Part shown: piece by piece, positions 6,804 through 15,516 of the stretch | Layout: each line of letters opens with the position of its first letter | Position numbering within the stretch: position 1 is the first letter of the stretch | Source: Brevundimonas sp. | GTDB taxonomy: Bacteria; Pseudomonadota; Alphaproteobacteria; Caulobacterales; Caulobacteraceae | Direction: 5' to 3' | NCBI RefSeq assembly: GCF_018608325.1 | Contig: NZ_JABAZW010000013.1 | Coordinates: forward strand, 8,009 to 72,008 | DNA length: 64,000 nucleotides | The notes under the pieces: model-generated | The model's input: the letters and a program-made list of their open reading frames with translations, nothing else | Told to the model about the DNA's origin: nothing | The model's database searches: none | Program-made: the position numbers and the translations under genes

Positions 6804-7109
6804 ATGGCGCGTAAGATCGGCTTTGACCAAGCTGTGAAGCTGCTAGGACAAGCGAGACTTCTTCCAGAGGAAGAAGCCCCAGACACTGACGATCTTGAGA
6901 AGATCGTATTGCGCCAAACGCCCATGCACTGGGAACAGGCGGCCACCATTCTCGACGAAGTTGCGTACAATATGCAGGCAGGCGCCAGGTGCGACGGCTT
7001 GGACATCGCTGCTGTAAACCGCATCGGGTTCTGGCTACGTCAGCTTGACGTTGATGAGCGCATCAAGACCGCGACCTCTGTTCACGCCGCACGCAACAAA
7101 GCTGCTTGA
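6804..7109 (+). CDS. Hypothetical acidic protein (101 aa)
   Basis: The ATG at 6804 is preceded by GGAGGGA (6795-6801). The ORF-track start at 6684 lacks an SD. An intrinsic terminator follows the gene. Confidence 0.55.
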   Translation: MARKIGFDQAVKLLGQARLLPEEEAPDTDDLEKIVLRQTPMHWEQAATILDEVAYNMQAGARCDGLDIAAVNRIGFWLRQLDVDERIKTATSVHAARNKAA

Positions 7110-7146
7110 CGGCGAATCCGAACCAGCCAATAATTCGGCAAATGAA

Positions 7147-7178
7147 AGCCTCGGAGTTTTGCGCTCCGGGGCTTTTTC
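7147..7178 (+). terminator. Intrinsic terminator
   Basis: AGCCTCGGAG-TTTTGCG-CTCCGGGGCT followed by a T run. Confidence 0.7.
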
Positions 7179-7301
7179 GTGCCCGACGCACACGCCAACC
7201 TGCGACATTCCGTCAATCGGGCAACCATCTCCCTGCGTTGACTCCAGCGTGTAGACAAGACGATCCTCAGTTGCCCCAATCAGAGGGCTCAGGAGGATGA
7301 T

Positions 7302-7598
7302 TTGTTCAACGCCAAGCGAATTGCCGTAGGTTTGTCTTCTCTATCCATTCTTGCTGCTGCCGTTGCAGTAGCAGCTACCGCGCCCGCTCAACCCGCAGCG
7401 GCTGCCGGTCAGAGCTCCTTCCGGATCTACGAGTTCACCTACTACTCGGATGCAAATCATTCGACCGTCGTTGGATATGCCCGGCAGGCTTGCTCGCCAA
7501 ATGATCCCGGCTTCCAACAGTGGGGAACGGTGACGCAGTACGTCGTGTCCAATCCAATAGGCTACTGCAGCCCTGATGATGGCGGTGTGATCCACTAA
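7302..7598 (+). CDS. Small secreted 2-Cys protein, paralogue family member 1
   Basis: TTG start 5 nt after AGGAGGA. The signal peptide is MFNAKRIAVGLSSLSILAAAVAVAATAPA. The mature part shares the FTYYSDA..VG..C..G..T..C pattern with 7662-7904 and 32850-33107. Confidence 0.6.
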   Translation: MFNAKRIAVGLSSLSILAAAVAVAATAPAQPAAAAGQSSFRIYEFTYYSDANHSTVVGYARQACSPNDPGFQQWGTVTQYVVSNPIGYCSPDDGGVIH

Positions 7599-7621
7599 GC
7601 TTCGGCTGACGAATAGCTGGA

Positions 7622-7650
7622 AGGCCCCAGGCGTCGCCCGGGGCCTTTTT
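7622..7650 (+). terminator. Intrinsic terminator
   Basis: AGGCCCC..GGGGCCT stem followed by TTTTT. Confidence 0.7.
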
Positions 7651-7661
7651 CGTGAACCAGC

Positions 7662-7904
7662 CTAGCAGGTAAAGGGCTGGAACGTTTGATGAAGCGTCCT
7701 CTGGCCATATGGCCCGCGAACGGTCCCATCACATTCTACAATGCGATAACCGGTCTCGTTGGTGTGCTCGTAGGTTGAATACCAACGGTAGACACCAGGC
7801 GTTCCGGGGGGCGGATAGTTTGGATCAAACTGCGCATTGGCCACGGTCGTCGGCACAACAAAAGCGGCGGCAGTCAACGCTGCTATAAAGAGCTTCTTGA
7901 ACAT
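7662..7904 (-). CDS. Small secreted 2-Cys protein, paralogue family member 2
   Basis: The ATG at 7904 is preceded by GGAGGAAAGA. The signal peptide is MFKKLFIAALTAAAFVVPTTVANA. The mature part YRWYSTYEHTNETGYRIVECDGTVRGPYGQRT..FTC aligns with members 1 and 3. Confidence 0.6.
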   Translation of the reverse strand: MFKKLFIAALTAAAFVVPTTVANAQFDPNYPPPGTPGVYRWYSTYEHTNETGYRIVECDGTVRGPYGQRTLHQTFQPFTC

Positions 7905-8100
7905 TCTTTCCTCCACAATCCCCGCACGTGCGGAAACCAACCCAATCATCAATCGGTGATTGTGGCAGTTAAAAACCTTGTCATTGCGGTTGACTGGGAG
8001 CCCGCTGACCATGTTCGGAACTACGGGAATGGCTGGATCACCAAGGTCACCCTATCAACCACAGGTTTGCGCGGAGATTTTACCAAGCCTTAACTCCCGG

Positions 8101-8144
8101 CAACTGAAGCAAGAATTCTTTTCTAGAAGCGGGGGCTTCAGTTG
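8101..8144. promoter_or_regulatory. 10-bp perfect inverted repeat CAACTGAAGC/GCTTCAGTTG enclosing two 8-bp palindromes
   Basis: The arms are at 8101-8110 and 8135-8144. The enclosed palindromes are AGAATTCT (8112-8119) and TTCTAGAA (8121-8128). It lies between divergent genes and overlaps the first possible start of the 8142 ORF. Confidence 0.3.
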
Positions 8145-8579
8145 CAGATCATCAGCGGCTTTTCAGAGGTGTTGCACCGTGAACTGATGGTTTCAGGACA
8201 CGAGCACGTCTCCAGCACCAACGAGATTGCCTTCAGCGTGGGCGGCGTCAGCGCCAAGATGCGAACCCGTGAACCCATCATCTTGGCCACCGGAGATCGG
8301 ATTGCCGTTTGCGGAGAGTTCGGCAAGGGCGGCGTGTTCAACGCCTACGCTTTGATGAACTACACACGCGGCGTCTCCGCCAGCTGCGCCGCCAGCGCAA
8401 ACGAGATACTTGGCGTAATCTTCATCATCTTTGGTGCCGCGTTCGCAATCGTGGGTGTCGGCCTTCTGTTCGTGGCACTCGGCATCTGGCTGCTGAGAGA
8501 AAACAAAAAAATGAAGGCGGCCGAGACAATGCTGCACGATCCACATAGTCGAGATGCTAGCGCGGGGTCGGCGGCGTAG
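8142..8579 (+). CDS. Hypothetical C-terminally membrane-anchored protein (start uncertain: 8142 TTG, 8169 GTG or 8187 ATG)
   Basis: From the ORF track. A soluble N-terminal ~75 aa is followed by the hydrophobic helix ILGVIFIIFGAAFAIVGVGLLFVALGIWLL and a charged tail. Confidence 0.5.
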   Translation: MQIISGFSEVLHRELMVSGHEHVSSTNEIAFSVGGVSAKMRTREPIILATGDRIAVCGEFGKGGVFNAYALMNYTRGVSASCAASANEILGVIFIIFGAAFAIVGVGLLFVALGIWLLRENKKMKAAETMLHDPHSRDASAGSAA

Positions 8580-8771
8580 CATTGCGGTTCTCACCGCCTT
8601 GGAAGATTATCAATCGCAGGTCGGACGGGAGAGCGTCGCCCGAGGTAACCGCCCCGCCGATCTGAGGCTATCCTGCGTCGCCGTCCCGCTACAGCGGACT
8701 TGAACGGGACCGGCCGGACGTGACCGGCCGGCAGGGTCGAAAGGTCCGTCCCGTGAGAATACGGAGGGCCG

Positions 8772-9170
8772 ATGCCCGCTCTCTCCAACCCCAAGCATGA
8801 GCGGTTCGCTCAGGCCTTGGCCAAGGGCAAAAGCCAAGCCGAGGCCTACGCTGACGCTGGCTACAAGCCCAGCGAGCCGAACGCGTCTCGCCTGACAAGT
8901 AATGACAAGGTGCAGGCGCGCCTCTCAGAGCTTCAGGAACGCGCCGCAACTCGCACCGAGATCACGGTCGCCAGTATCACTGAACGCCTGCTCGCCATCG
9001 CCACCAAGGCTGAGAAAAGCCGGGAGGCTCCGATGCTTCAGGCCGCACGAGCCAGCCTCATGGACGCTGCGAAGCTGAATGGCCTCGTCGTCGACAAGTC
9101 ATCGATCGACGCCCGGGTTACAACGCCCAAGACGCTGAACGACTTCTATGGCGGCGAGAGCGACGCTTAA
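8772..9170 (+). CDS. Terminase small subunit
   Basis: N-terminal HTH typical of Terminase_2-type TerS (NPKHERFAQALAKGKSQAEAYADAGYKPS..NASRL). It sits immediately upstream of, and overlaps, the large terminase gene. Confidence 0.8.
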   Translation: MPALSNPKHERFAQALAKGKSQAEAYADAGYKPSEPNASRLTSNDKVQARLSELQERAATRTEITVASITERLLAIATKAEKSREAPMLQAARASLMDAAKLNGLVVDKSSIDARVTTPKTLNDFYGGESDA

Positions 9171-10539
9171 CCCGGCGCTTCGGGATTTCTGGCGCACACC
9201 CGCCCGCAACAGGGTTCTGAAGGGCGGCCGGTCTTCATCGAAGAGCTGGGACGCAGCAGGGTTCGCGATCTTCCTCGCGGCGAACTATCGGGTTCGGTTC
9301 CTCTGCACCCGCCAGTTCCAGAACAAGATCGAGGAGAGCGTCTACACGCTCCTCAAGATCCAGATCGAACGCTTTGGCCTGAAGGCCGAGTTCACGATCC
9401 TGAACAACCGGATCGTCCACAACACGACCGGGTCAGAGTTCATCTTCTACGGCCTGTGGCGCCACATCGACGAGATCAAGTCGCTCGAGAACATCGACGT
9501 GTGCTGGATCGAAGAGGCCCACAACCTCACCAAGGCGCAGTGGGAAATCCTTGAGCCGACCGTTCGGAAAGACGGCTCGCAGTTCTGGATCATCTTCAAC
9601 CCACGCTTGGTGACGGACTTCGTTTATCGGCGCTTCGTCACGAACACGCCACCTGACACCGTCGTCAGGACGATCAACTACACCGACAACCCCTTCCTCT
9701 CGCCTACGATCCTGAAGGTGATCGAAGCCAAAAAGGCGGAGGACGAAGAAGAGTATCGCCACACCTACCTCGGCGAGCCTCGGGAAGACGACGACGCGGT
9801 CATCATCAAGCGCTCGTGGATCCAGGCAGCGATCAACGCGCGGAGTGTGCTTGGACTGCCTGCGTCGGGACGGCGCCGCATCGGTTTCGACGTTGCTGAC
9901 GGCGGCGATGACAAATGCGCCACGGTCGAGGCATGCGGGATCGAAGCTGTCCGGGTCGATGAATGGAAGGCCGGTGAGGACGAACTTCTCAAGTCGGCGT
10001 CTCGCGTTCACGTCCAGGCCGTCGAGAGCGGTGCCGAGATCGACTACGACAGCATCGGCGTCGGGGCCTTTGCAGGCGCCCATTTCGCCAGCCTGAATGA
10101 ACAGAAGGCTGCGCAGGTCGCCTATCACAAGTTCAACGCCTCGGGCGCGATCCTGAACCCCAAGGCTCGGATCGACCCAAAGGACCCGAAGAGCCCGCTC
10201 AATGCGGACTTCTACCTCAACCTCAAGGCTCAGGCGTGGTGGGAAGTGGCGGCCCGGTTCCGCAACACCTTCAACGCGGTCAACCGGGGCATGCAGTTCG
10301 ACGAGGGCGAGTTGATCTCGATCTCTCCCGACTGCGATCACCTCGACACCCTGATCGATGAGCTTTCGACGCCACGGCGCGACTACGACGGGAGCGGCAA
10401 GGTGAAGGTTGAAAGCAAAAAGGACCTGGCCAAGCGGGACATTCCGTCGCCGAACAAGGCTGATGCGTTCGTGATGGCGTTTGCCCAGCGCGAGGCTGGC
10501 TCCACCGTCGCCATGTTCCTGAAGAGCAGGCACCGCTGA
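9148..10539 (+). CDS. Terminase large subunit (PBSX-like family)
   Basis: Walker A-like VLKGGRSSSKS, then FLCTRQFQNKIEESVY..IDVCWIEEAHNL..FWIIFNP, and a C-terminal nuclease region. Confidence 0.95.
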   Translation: MAARATLNPALRDFWRTPARNRVLKGGRSSSKSWDAAGFAIFLAANYRVRFLCTRQFQNKIEESVYTLLKIQIERFGLKAEFTILNNRIVHNTTGSEFIFYGLWRHIDEIKSLENIDVCWIEEAHNLTKAQWEILEPTVRKDGSQFWIIFNPRLVTDFVYRRFVTNTPPDTVVRTINYTDNPFLSPTILKVIEAKKAEDEEEYRHTYLGEPREDDDAVIIKRSWIQAAINARSVLGLPASGRRRIGFDVADGGDDKCATVEACGIEAVRVDEWKAGEDELLKSASRVHVQAVESGAEIDYDSIGVGAFAGAHFASLNEQKAAQVAYHKFNASGAILNPKARIDPKDPKSPLNADFYLNLKAQAWWEVAARFRNTFNAVNRGMQFDEGELISISPDCDHLDTLIDELSTPRRDYDGSGKVKVESKKDLAKRDIPSPNKADAFVMAFAQREAGSTVAMFLKSRHR

Positions 10540-11927
10540 TGAGCGCCCGCCATATGCTCGTGAACCGCGCCGTCCGCACGCTGCAGGCCATGTTCCCCGG
10601 CTTCGGGTTCGGCAGCCAGAAGCACAACCACGCGGCGGACTTCGGCTATCCCGACCAGATCACGTTCAACGAGGCCTACGACGCCTACTGCCGCAACCCT
10701 CTGGCCCATGCCGCTGTCGAGAAGACGGTCGGCAAGACCTGGGAGGACAACCCCTTCCTCCAAGAGTTCCAGCGGGACGGGACCGAGAAGGGCGACCAGG
10801 GCGAAACCAAGGGCGAAGCAGCCATCCGCCAACGGTTCGCCGATCTGCGCGTCTGGCAACATCTCGCCGAGTGCGACCGGCGTGGCCTCGTCGGCGGCTA
10901 TTCCGGCCTGATCCTGCGCCTTGCCGACAACAAGCAGCTACGGGAGTCGGTTGACCGGGTTCCGGGTGGTCTGGACGGTCTGGTCGAGGTCATCCCGGCA
11001 TGGGAAGGCCAGCTCACAGTCAACGAGTGGGACCAAGACGAACGCTCGCCCACCTACGGTCAACCGAAGATGTACGCCTTCGCGGAATCGGCGGTCGGCG
11101 ACGCCAAGCAGCCCCGCCAGTTCAGCATCCACCCCGACCGGGTCATCATCTGGTCGCGCGACGGCACGCTGAACGGTCGCTCAGCTCTTGAGCCCGGCTA
11201 CAACGCCCTGCTCGACCTGGAGAAGATCAGGGGCGGCGGCGGCGAAGGCTTCTGGAAGAACGCCAAGTCCGGTCTCAGCCTGGAGATCGACAAGGACGCC
11301 AAGATCGAGAACATGGCCCAGGCCATGAGTGTCCCGGTCACGGAAGTGGTCGACAAGATCGACGAGCAGGTCGAGGGCTTCAACAAGGGCTTCGACAAGT
11401 CGCTGCTGCTCCAGGGCATCAAGGCGACGCCCGTGCAGGTCACCCTGCCGTCGCCTGAGCATTTCTTCGGCGTCGCGCTTCAGTCGTTCGCTGCGTCCTG
11501 GCTGATCCCGCTGAAAATCCTCGTCGGCTCCCAAACCGGAGAGCGCGCCTCGACTGAGGACAGCGAGGAATGGGCCAAGGTCAACATGGGGCGCCGCACC
11601 AATCAGGCGATCCCGGCCATCATGTCGTTCGTAAACCGGCTGGAGCGCTTCGGCATCCTGCCCGCCAAGGACTGGCACCTCGATTGGTCGGACCTCACTG
11701 AGGCTTCCATGGGCGAGAAGATCGAACGCGCCTCCAAGATGGCCGACATCAACCAGAAGATGGGTGATGAGGTCGTGTTCACCGGCGACGACATCCGCGG
11801 CGTTGTCGGCATGGAGCCGCTGAGCGACGCTGAGAAGTTCCGTGACGAGCCCTCAGATGACGATGAGGCTGACGCCCTCGGCGCACCGAAGCCCGCCCCC
11901 AAGGCCGATCCGGCAGACGCGGCCTAG
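10539..11927 (+). CDS. Portal protein (DUF1073-type)
   Basis: 462 aa, directly after TerL (ATGA overlap), with an acidic C-terminal tail. The call rests on size, position and my recollection of the family. Confidence 0.85.
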   Translation: MSARHMLVNRAVRTLQAMFPGFGFGSQKHNHAADFGYPDQITFNEAYDAYCRNPLAHAAVEKTVGKTWEDNPFLQEFQRDGTEKGDQGETKGEAAIRQRFADLRVWQHLAECDRRGLVGGYSGLILRLADNKQLRESVDRVPGGLDGLVEVIPAWEGQLTVNEWDQDERSPTYGQPKMYAFAESAVGDAKQPRQFSIHPDRVIIWSRDGTLNGRSALEPGYNALLDLEKIRGGGGEGFWKNAKSGLSLEIDKDAKIENMAQAMSVPVTEVVDKIDEQVEGFNKGFDKSLLLQGIKATPVQVTLPSPEHFFGVALQSFAASWLIPLKILVGSQTGERASTEDSEEWAKVNMGRRTNQAIPAIMSFVNRLERFGILPAKDWHLDWSDLTEASMGEKIERASKMADINQKMGDEVVFTGDDIRGVVGMEPLSDAEKFRDEPSDDDEADALGAPKPAPKADPADAA

Positions 11928-11956
11928 CCGCACCATCCACATTTCAGGAGGCCGCC

Positions 11957-13069
11957 TTGAAGCAAGTCAGGGTGAACATCCGCTCGGTCGCCAACGCGGC
12001 CACAATCCGCCGCGAGCAGCGCAACGGTCGAGACCTGATCATCGTCCCCAGCGCAACGCTGCCCGATGACGTGGTCATGAACGGCATCCTCTATCCAGCG
12101 GATGAAATTGCCAAGTCGTTCAAGGGCCTGGAGCGCACTCCTGCACCATTGGGTCACCCGACCCTAAATGGCCGTTTCCTGTCCGCCCGCGACCCCGAAG
12201 GACTGAACGCCCACTACATCGGCGCCTGGAACGAAAACGTCCGTCAGGAAGGCGGCCGCGTGCTGCTGGATAAGGTGATTGACGTAGAGGTCGCCAACCG
12301 CACCGAGGGTGGCAAGTCCGTTCTGAGCGCCATTGAGAAGGGCGGCCCGATCCACACCTCCACAGGCCTGCTCTGCCGCCTTGAGGCCGCAAATGGTCAG
12401 GCGGGGCACTCCAAGATCGCACGCTCCATGGAGTTCGACCACGACGCCATCATGCTCGATGAGCAGGGCGCGGCCACGCCGGAGCAAGGCGTCGGGATGC
12501 TGGTCAATGCTCAGGGCGAGCAAGAAGAAATCGAGGTGATCAACTCGGCTTTGGCTGAGGCGGATCGCGACCTCGATTGGGCGCTGGAATCCGTCGCCCG
12601 GGCCTTGGAGAAGCGTGAACGCGCGCCCCTCCTCGACCGAATGAAGACCGTTCTCCTCCAGGCGCTTGGCCTTGAGGGGTCTCCCTCTGAACAGCTCAAT
12701 AAGGACGCTGAAATGACTGTATCGAAAGAACAGCTCGACGCGCTGTCCGCGAAGGTTGACGCCCTCTCGGAAAGCCATGCGAGCATGGTTGCCTCTCACA
12801 ACGAGGTCGTGAACTCCATCAAGGTCATGACGGACGCCCACGCTCAAGCCGTGGCGAACCAGAAGGCGCAGGACGTCGCCGAGCACACCGATCTGGTGGG
12901 CAAGGTCGTCGCCGCCAACCTCCTCGACGAGGACACCGCCAAGGAGCTGACTCTGAACGCCCTGCGCAAGCTGGCGCCTCAGGCCACTCCCGGCAAAGCC
13001 GCCGCCCTGAACGCCGCCTACAAGCCGACCGGCGCAAAGGCCGAATACCAACTCCCGGAAGGTGACTGA
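11957..13069 (+). CDS. Prohead protease/scaffold-like protein (DUF2213-like N-terminus, coiled-coil C-terminus)
   Basis: TTG start after CAGGAGG. Carries the N-terminal motif DLIIVPSATLPDDVVMNGILYPADEI..APLGHP. The C-terminal half is Ala/Glu/Lys-rich and helical. Confidence 0.7.
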   Translation: MKQVRVNIRSVANAATIRREQRNGRDLIIVPSATLPDDVVMNGILYPADEIAKSFKGLERTPAPLGHPTLNGRFLSARDPEGLNAHYIGAWNENVRQEGGRVLLDKVIDVEVANRTEGGKSVLSAIEKGGPIHTSTGLLCRLEAANGQAGHSKIARSMEFDHDAIMLDEQGAATPEQGVGMLVNAQGEQEEIEVINSALAEADRDLDWALESVARALEKRERAPLLDRMKTVLLQALGLEGSPSEQLNKDAEMTVSKEQLDALSAKVDALSESHASMVASHNEVVNSIKVMTDAHAQAVANQKAQDVAEHTDLVGKVVAANLLDEDTAKELTLNALRKLAPQATPGKAAALNAAYKPTGAKAEYQLPEGD

Positions 13070-13071
13070 TC

Positions 13072-13527
13072 ATGGCTCGCTACAACAAGATCTTCGCTGG
13101 CCCCTACACCGAGGCCACGCCTCAGGTAGCCGAGCGCCCCGCCGCCGCCGCCATCACCCCCGGCCAGCTGATCGTCATCACTGCCGGCCAGTTCACGCCT
13201 GCGGGCGCTACGACTGTCGGCAAGGTCTACGTGGCGCAGGACAACTACCTCGCCATGGAAGGGGTCGATACGCCCTACGCCATCGGCGACACCGTTCTGG
13301 GGCTGGAGCTGCTGGATGAGCAGTTCTTCAACGTCCGCGTCGCCACAGGCGTGAACGTCGCTCGGGACGCTGCTCTCGTCCCCGGCGCTAACGGCACGGT
13401 CGCCCTGGCCACGGCTGGCGGCAAACAGGTCGTCGCCACGGCCGAAGAAGCCTTCAACAACACTTCAGGCTCTGCCCAGTTGGTCCGCGTTCGCGCGGCC
13501 AAGGGCTACCTGACCGCCGCCACCTAA
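13072..13527 (+). CDS. Head decoration/auxiliary capsid protein (tentative)
   Basis: A 151-aa Ala/Gly/Val-rich ORF between the scaffold and major capsid genes. Confidence 0.6.
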   Translation: MARYNKIFAGPYTEATPQVAERPAAAAITPGQLIVITAGQFTPAGATTVGKVYVAQDNYLAMEGVDTPYAIGDTVLGLELLDEQFFNVRVATGVNVARDAALVPGANGTVALATAGGKQVVATAEEAFNNTSGSAQLVRVRAAKGYLTAAT

Positions 13528-13539
13528 GGAGGATTGGCA

Positions 13540-14583
13540 ATGCGCTATTTCGACAAGCAGCTCGTCGCCAACTCCAAGCTTCATGCTGGATGGTGGCAGG
13601 ACGTCAACACCGACCGCAACTGGTTCCACAAACAGGAAAACGACATCGCAGCGGTGGCCAACGCCGCCTCTGTACTGCCGCGCGACGCCTGGCTGGACCT
13701 GGACGGCATCACGCGCCGCGTCATGCGCGCCGATGAAGGCCAGACCTGGATGGGCGACCTGATGCCGCTGGCCAAGGCTGTCGATATCGGCAAGCTGGTC
13801 CACCTGACCCGCGTGTCTTCGGACGCTGGTTCGGTCACCCGCTCCATGAGCGGTCAGGTTCCGGTCGCACTGGACAAGGTGACCTACGACTATCGCGGCA
13901 CGCCGGTTCCGATCTTCTCGACCGCATACGGTCGCGAATGGCGTGAGTGGAACACCCTGCAGTCCGAGAACTTCGACGCCCTGTCGGACGATCAGGAAGC
14001 CCACACCGCCAAGATCCGCCGCGATCAGGCGCTCTACGTCCTCGACGGCGACCCCACGATCTCGGTCAAGGGCTACAAGGCGTTCGGCATCCGAAACCAC
14101 CCCCTGTCCAAGGCGATCAACCTCGGCTCGGGCGCTGGCGGCGCGAACATCAATCTGGTCACCGCCACGCCGGATCAACTGGACGCGTTCTTCACCGGCC
14201 CGTTCGGAGCCATGCTCGACGCCAACCTGATCGTCGGCAAGGTCAACCTCTACATCTCGCCTGAGATCGCCCGCTCCTGGGACCGTCAGCTGTCCGGCTC
14301 GGACGGCCTGAAGGAAGGCAAGATCATCGACTTCCTGTCGAAGAACCGCCGGATCAACAAGATCTCGGTGACCTACGAGCTGACGGGCAACGCCTTCTTC
14401 GGCTTCGTGCCGAGCGCTGAGTACATCCGCCCCCTGGTCGGCATGGCGCTCAACACCACAGCGAAGGCCCGCCAGAACCCCACGGACAACTACCAGTTCC
14501 TGATCATGGGCGCGCTGGGTCTGGAAATCCGCGCCGACTTCAACGGCAAGGGCGGGGTCTTTTACTCCACCGTCGTCAACTAA
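13540..14583 (+). CDS. Major capsid protein
   Basis: The ATG at 13540 lies 7 nt after AAGGAGG. It is 347 aa, in the capsid position, and followed by a strong UUCG hairpin. Confidence 0.8.
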   Translation: MRYFDKQLVANSKLHAGWWQDVNTDRNWFHKQENDIAAVANAASVLPRDAWLDLDGITRRVMRADEGQTWMGDLMPLAKAVDIGKLVHLTRVSSDAGSVTRSMSGQVPVALDKVTYDYRGTPVPIFSTAYGREWREWNTLQSENFDALSDDQEAHTAKIRRDQALYVLDGDPTISVKGYKAFGIRNHPLSKAINLGSGAGGANINLVTATPDQLDAFFTGPFGAMLDANLIVGKVNLYISPEIARSWDRQLSGSDGLKEGKIIDFLSKNRRINKISVTYELTGNAFFGFVPSAEYIRPLVGMALNTTAKARQNPTDNYQFLIMGALGLEIRADFNGKGGVFYSTVVN

Positions 14584-14590
14584 CACGGTC

Positions 14591-14614
14591 GGGCTCTGGC
14601 TTCGGCTGGAGCCC
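14591..14614 (+). terminator. Strong hairpin (10-bp stem, UUCG loop) after the capsid gene; attenuator or mRNA stabiliser
   Basis: GGGCTCTGGC-TTCG-GCTGGAGCCC, followed only by TT. Confidence 0.5.
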
Positions 14615-14636
14615 TTCCCACAGGAAGGATCGCATC

Positions 14637-15020
14637 ATGCGCATCAAGATCACAGGCGGCGGCATCTTCGACGGCAAGGGCCAAGAGATCGCGGCCGGCA
14701 AGGAATTCGACATCGCCGACCCCGAACTGAACGAGGACGGCTCCGAGGTCGCCCCGCACCCTTGGGCAGGCCGTTTCGAGGTCATCTCGGGCGGCGAGAA
14801 GCCCGGAAACGATCAGCCGCCACCCGAGTTCGTCGCTCCTGTCGGCCCGTTCACCGCCAAAGAGAAGTCGCCGGGTTGGTGGTCGATCTTCGACGGCGCC
14901 GACCAGCCGGTTGGCAAGGCAGTCCGCAAGGCTGATCTGGACGGCTTTGACACCCTGTCGGATGACGACAAGCTGGAGTTCGCCACGGCGAGCGCCAAAG
15001 CCGCTTTCGACAAGGCCTGA
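14637..15020 (+). CDS. Hypothetical head-associated protein
   Basis: From the ORF track, with an AGGAAGGA SD. No domain recognised. Confidence 0.6.
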   Translation: MRIKITGGGIFDGKGQEIAAGKEFDIADPELNEDGSEVAPHPWAGRFEVISGGEKPGNDQPPPEFVAPVGPFTAKEKSPGWWSIFDGADQPVGKAVRKADLDGFDTLSDDDKLEFATASAKAAFDKA

Positions 15021-15024
15021 TCCG

Positions 15025-15516
15025 ATGGCGGGCTATGGAACAGACGCAGCATTTCAGGCGTGGTTGACCGAGAACGGCCACACCCTGCCCGCTGCCGCCC
15101 CATTGCCCGCCATCCTTCGCCTCAGGGCGTCCAACTACATCGACGGGCTGTATGAGGCCCGATTTCTCGGTGACCGCACCGATCCGCTGAACCAGGAGCG
15201 CGCATGGCCACGCACCGGGGCGGTCGTCCAGAAGGTCGCCGTCCCCTCTGACGTCATTCCCCCTGCCATCGACAAGGCCGCATACGCTGCCGCCCTGTTT
15301 GAAGGTCAGAACCCCGGTGCCCTGTTCGTCTCCGCGTCATCGGCTGGCGCGATCAAGCGCGAGAAGGTGGACGTGCTGGAAACTGAGTATTTCCAGGGCA
15401 CAGGCGACGCTGCGGCAGACGCCACGATCAAGCTGAGCGCCGTTGAGGGCCTGCTCGCTCCATTCCTTCGCCCCATCGTGACCGGCGTCAGCCTTGGCTT
15501 GTGGGCCGTTGGATGA
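15025..15516 (+). CDS. Head-tail connector/adaptor (DnaT-like/gp6-like; tentative)
   Basis: The ATG at 15025 begins MAGYGTDAAFQAWLTENGHTLP.., an N-terminus typical of phage adaptor proteins. The ORF-track start at 14911 overlaps the previous gene. Confidence 0.6.
   Translation: MAGYGTDAAFQAWLTENGHTLPAAAPLPAILRLRASNYIDGLYEARFLGDRTDPLNQERAWPRTGAVVQKVAVPSDVIPPAIDKAAYAAALFEGQNPGALFVSASSAGAIKREKVDVLETEYFQGTGDAAADATIKLSAVEGLLAPFLRPIVTGVSLGLWAVG

Noticed and set aside
8580-8771. A possible tRNA-like or structured RNA upstream of the small terminase gene. The region has several GTCCCG/CGGGAC motifs, two CCGGCCGG palindromes and a GGGTCGAAAGGTCC segment.
   Set aside because: No cloverleaf can be drawn. 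The repeats are short and GC-rich. It is more plausibly a pac/cos or TerS-binding region, but I cannot support even that from sequence alone, so it is not reported as a feature.
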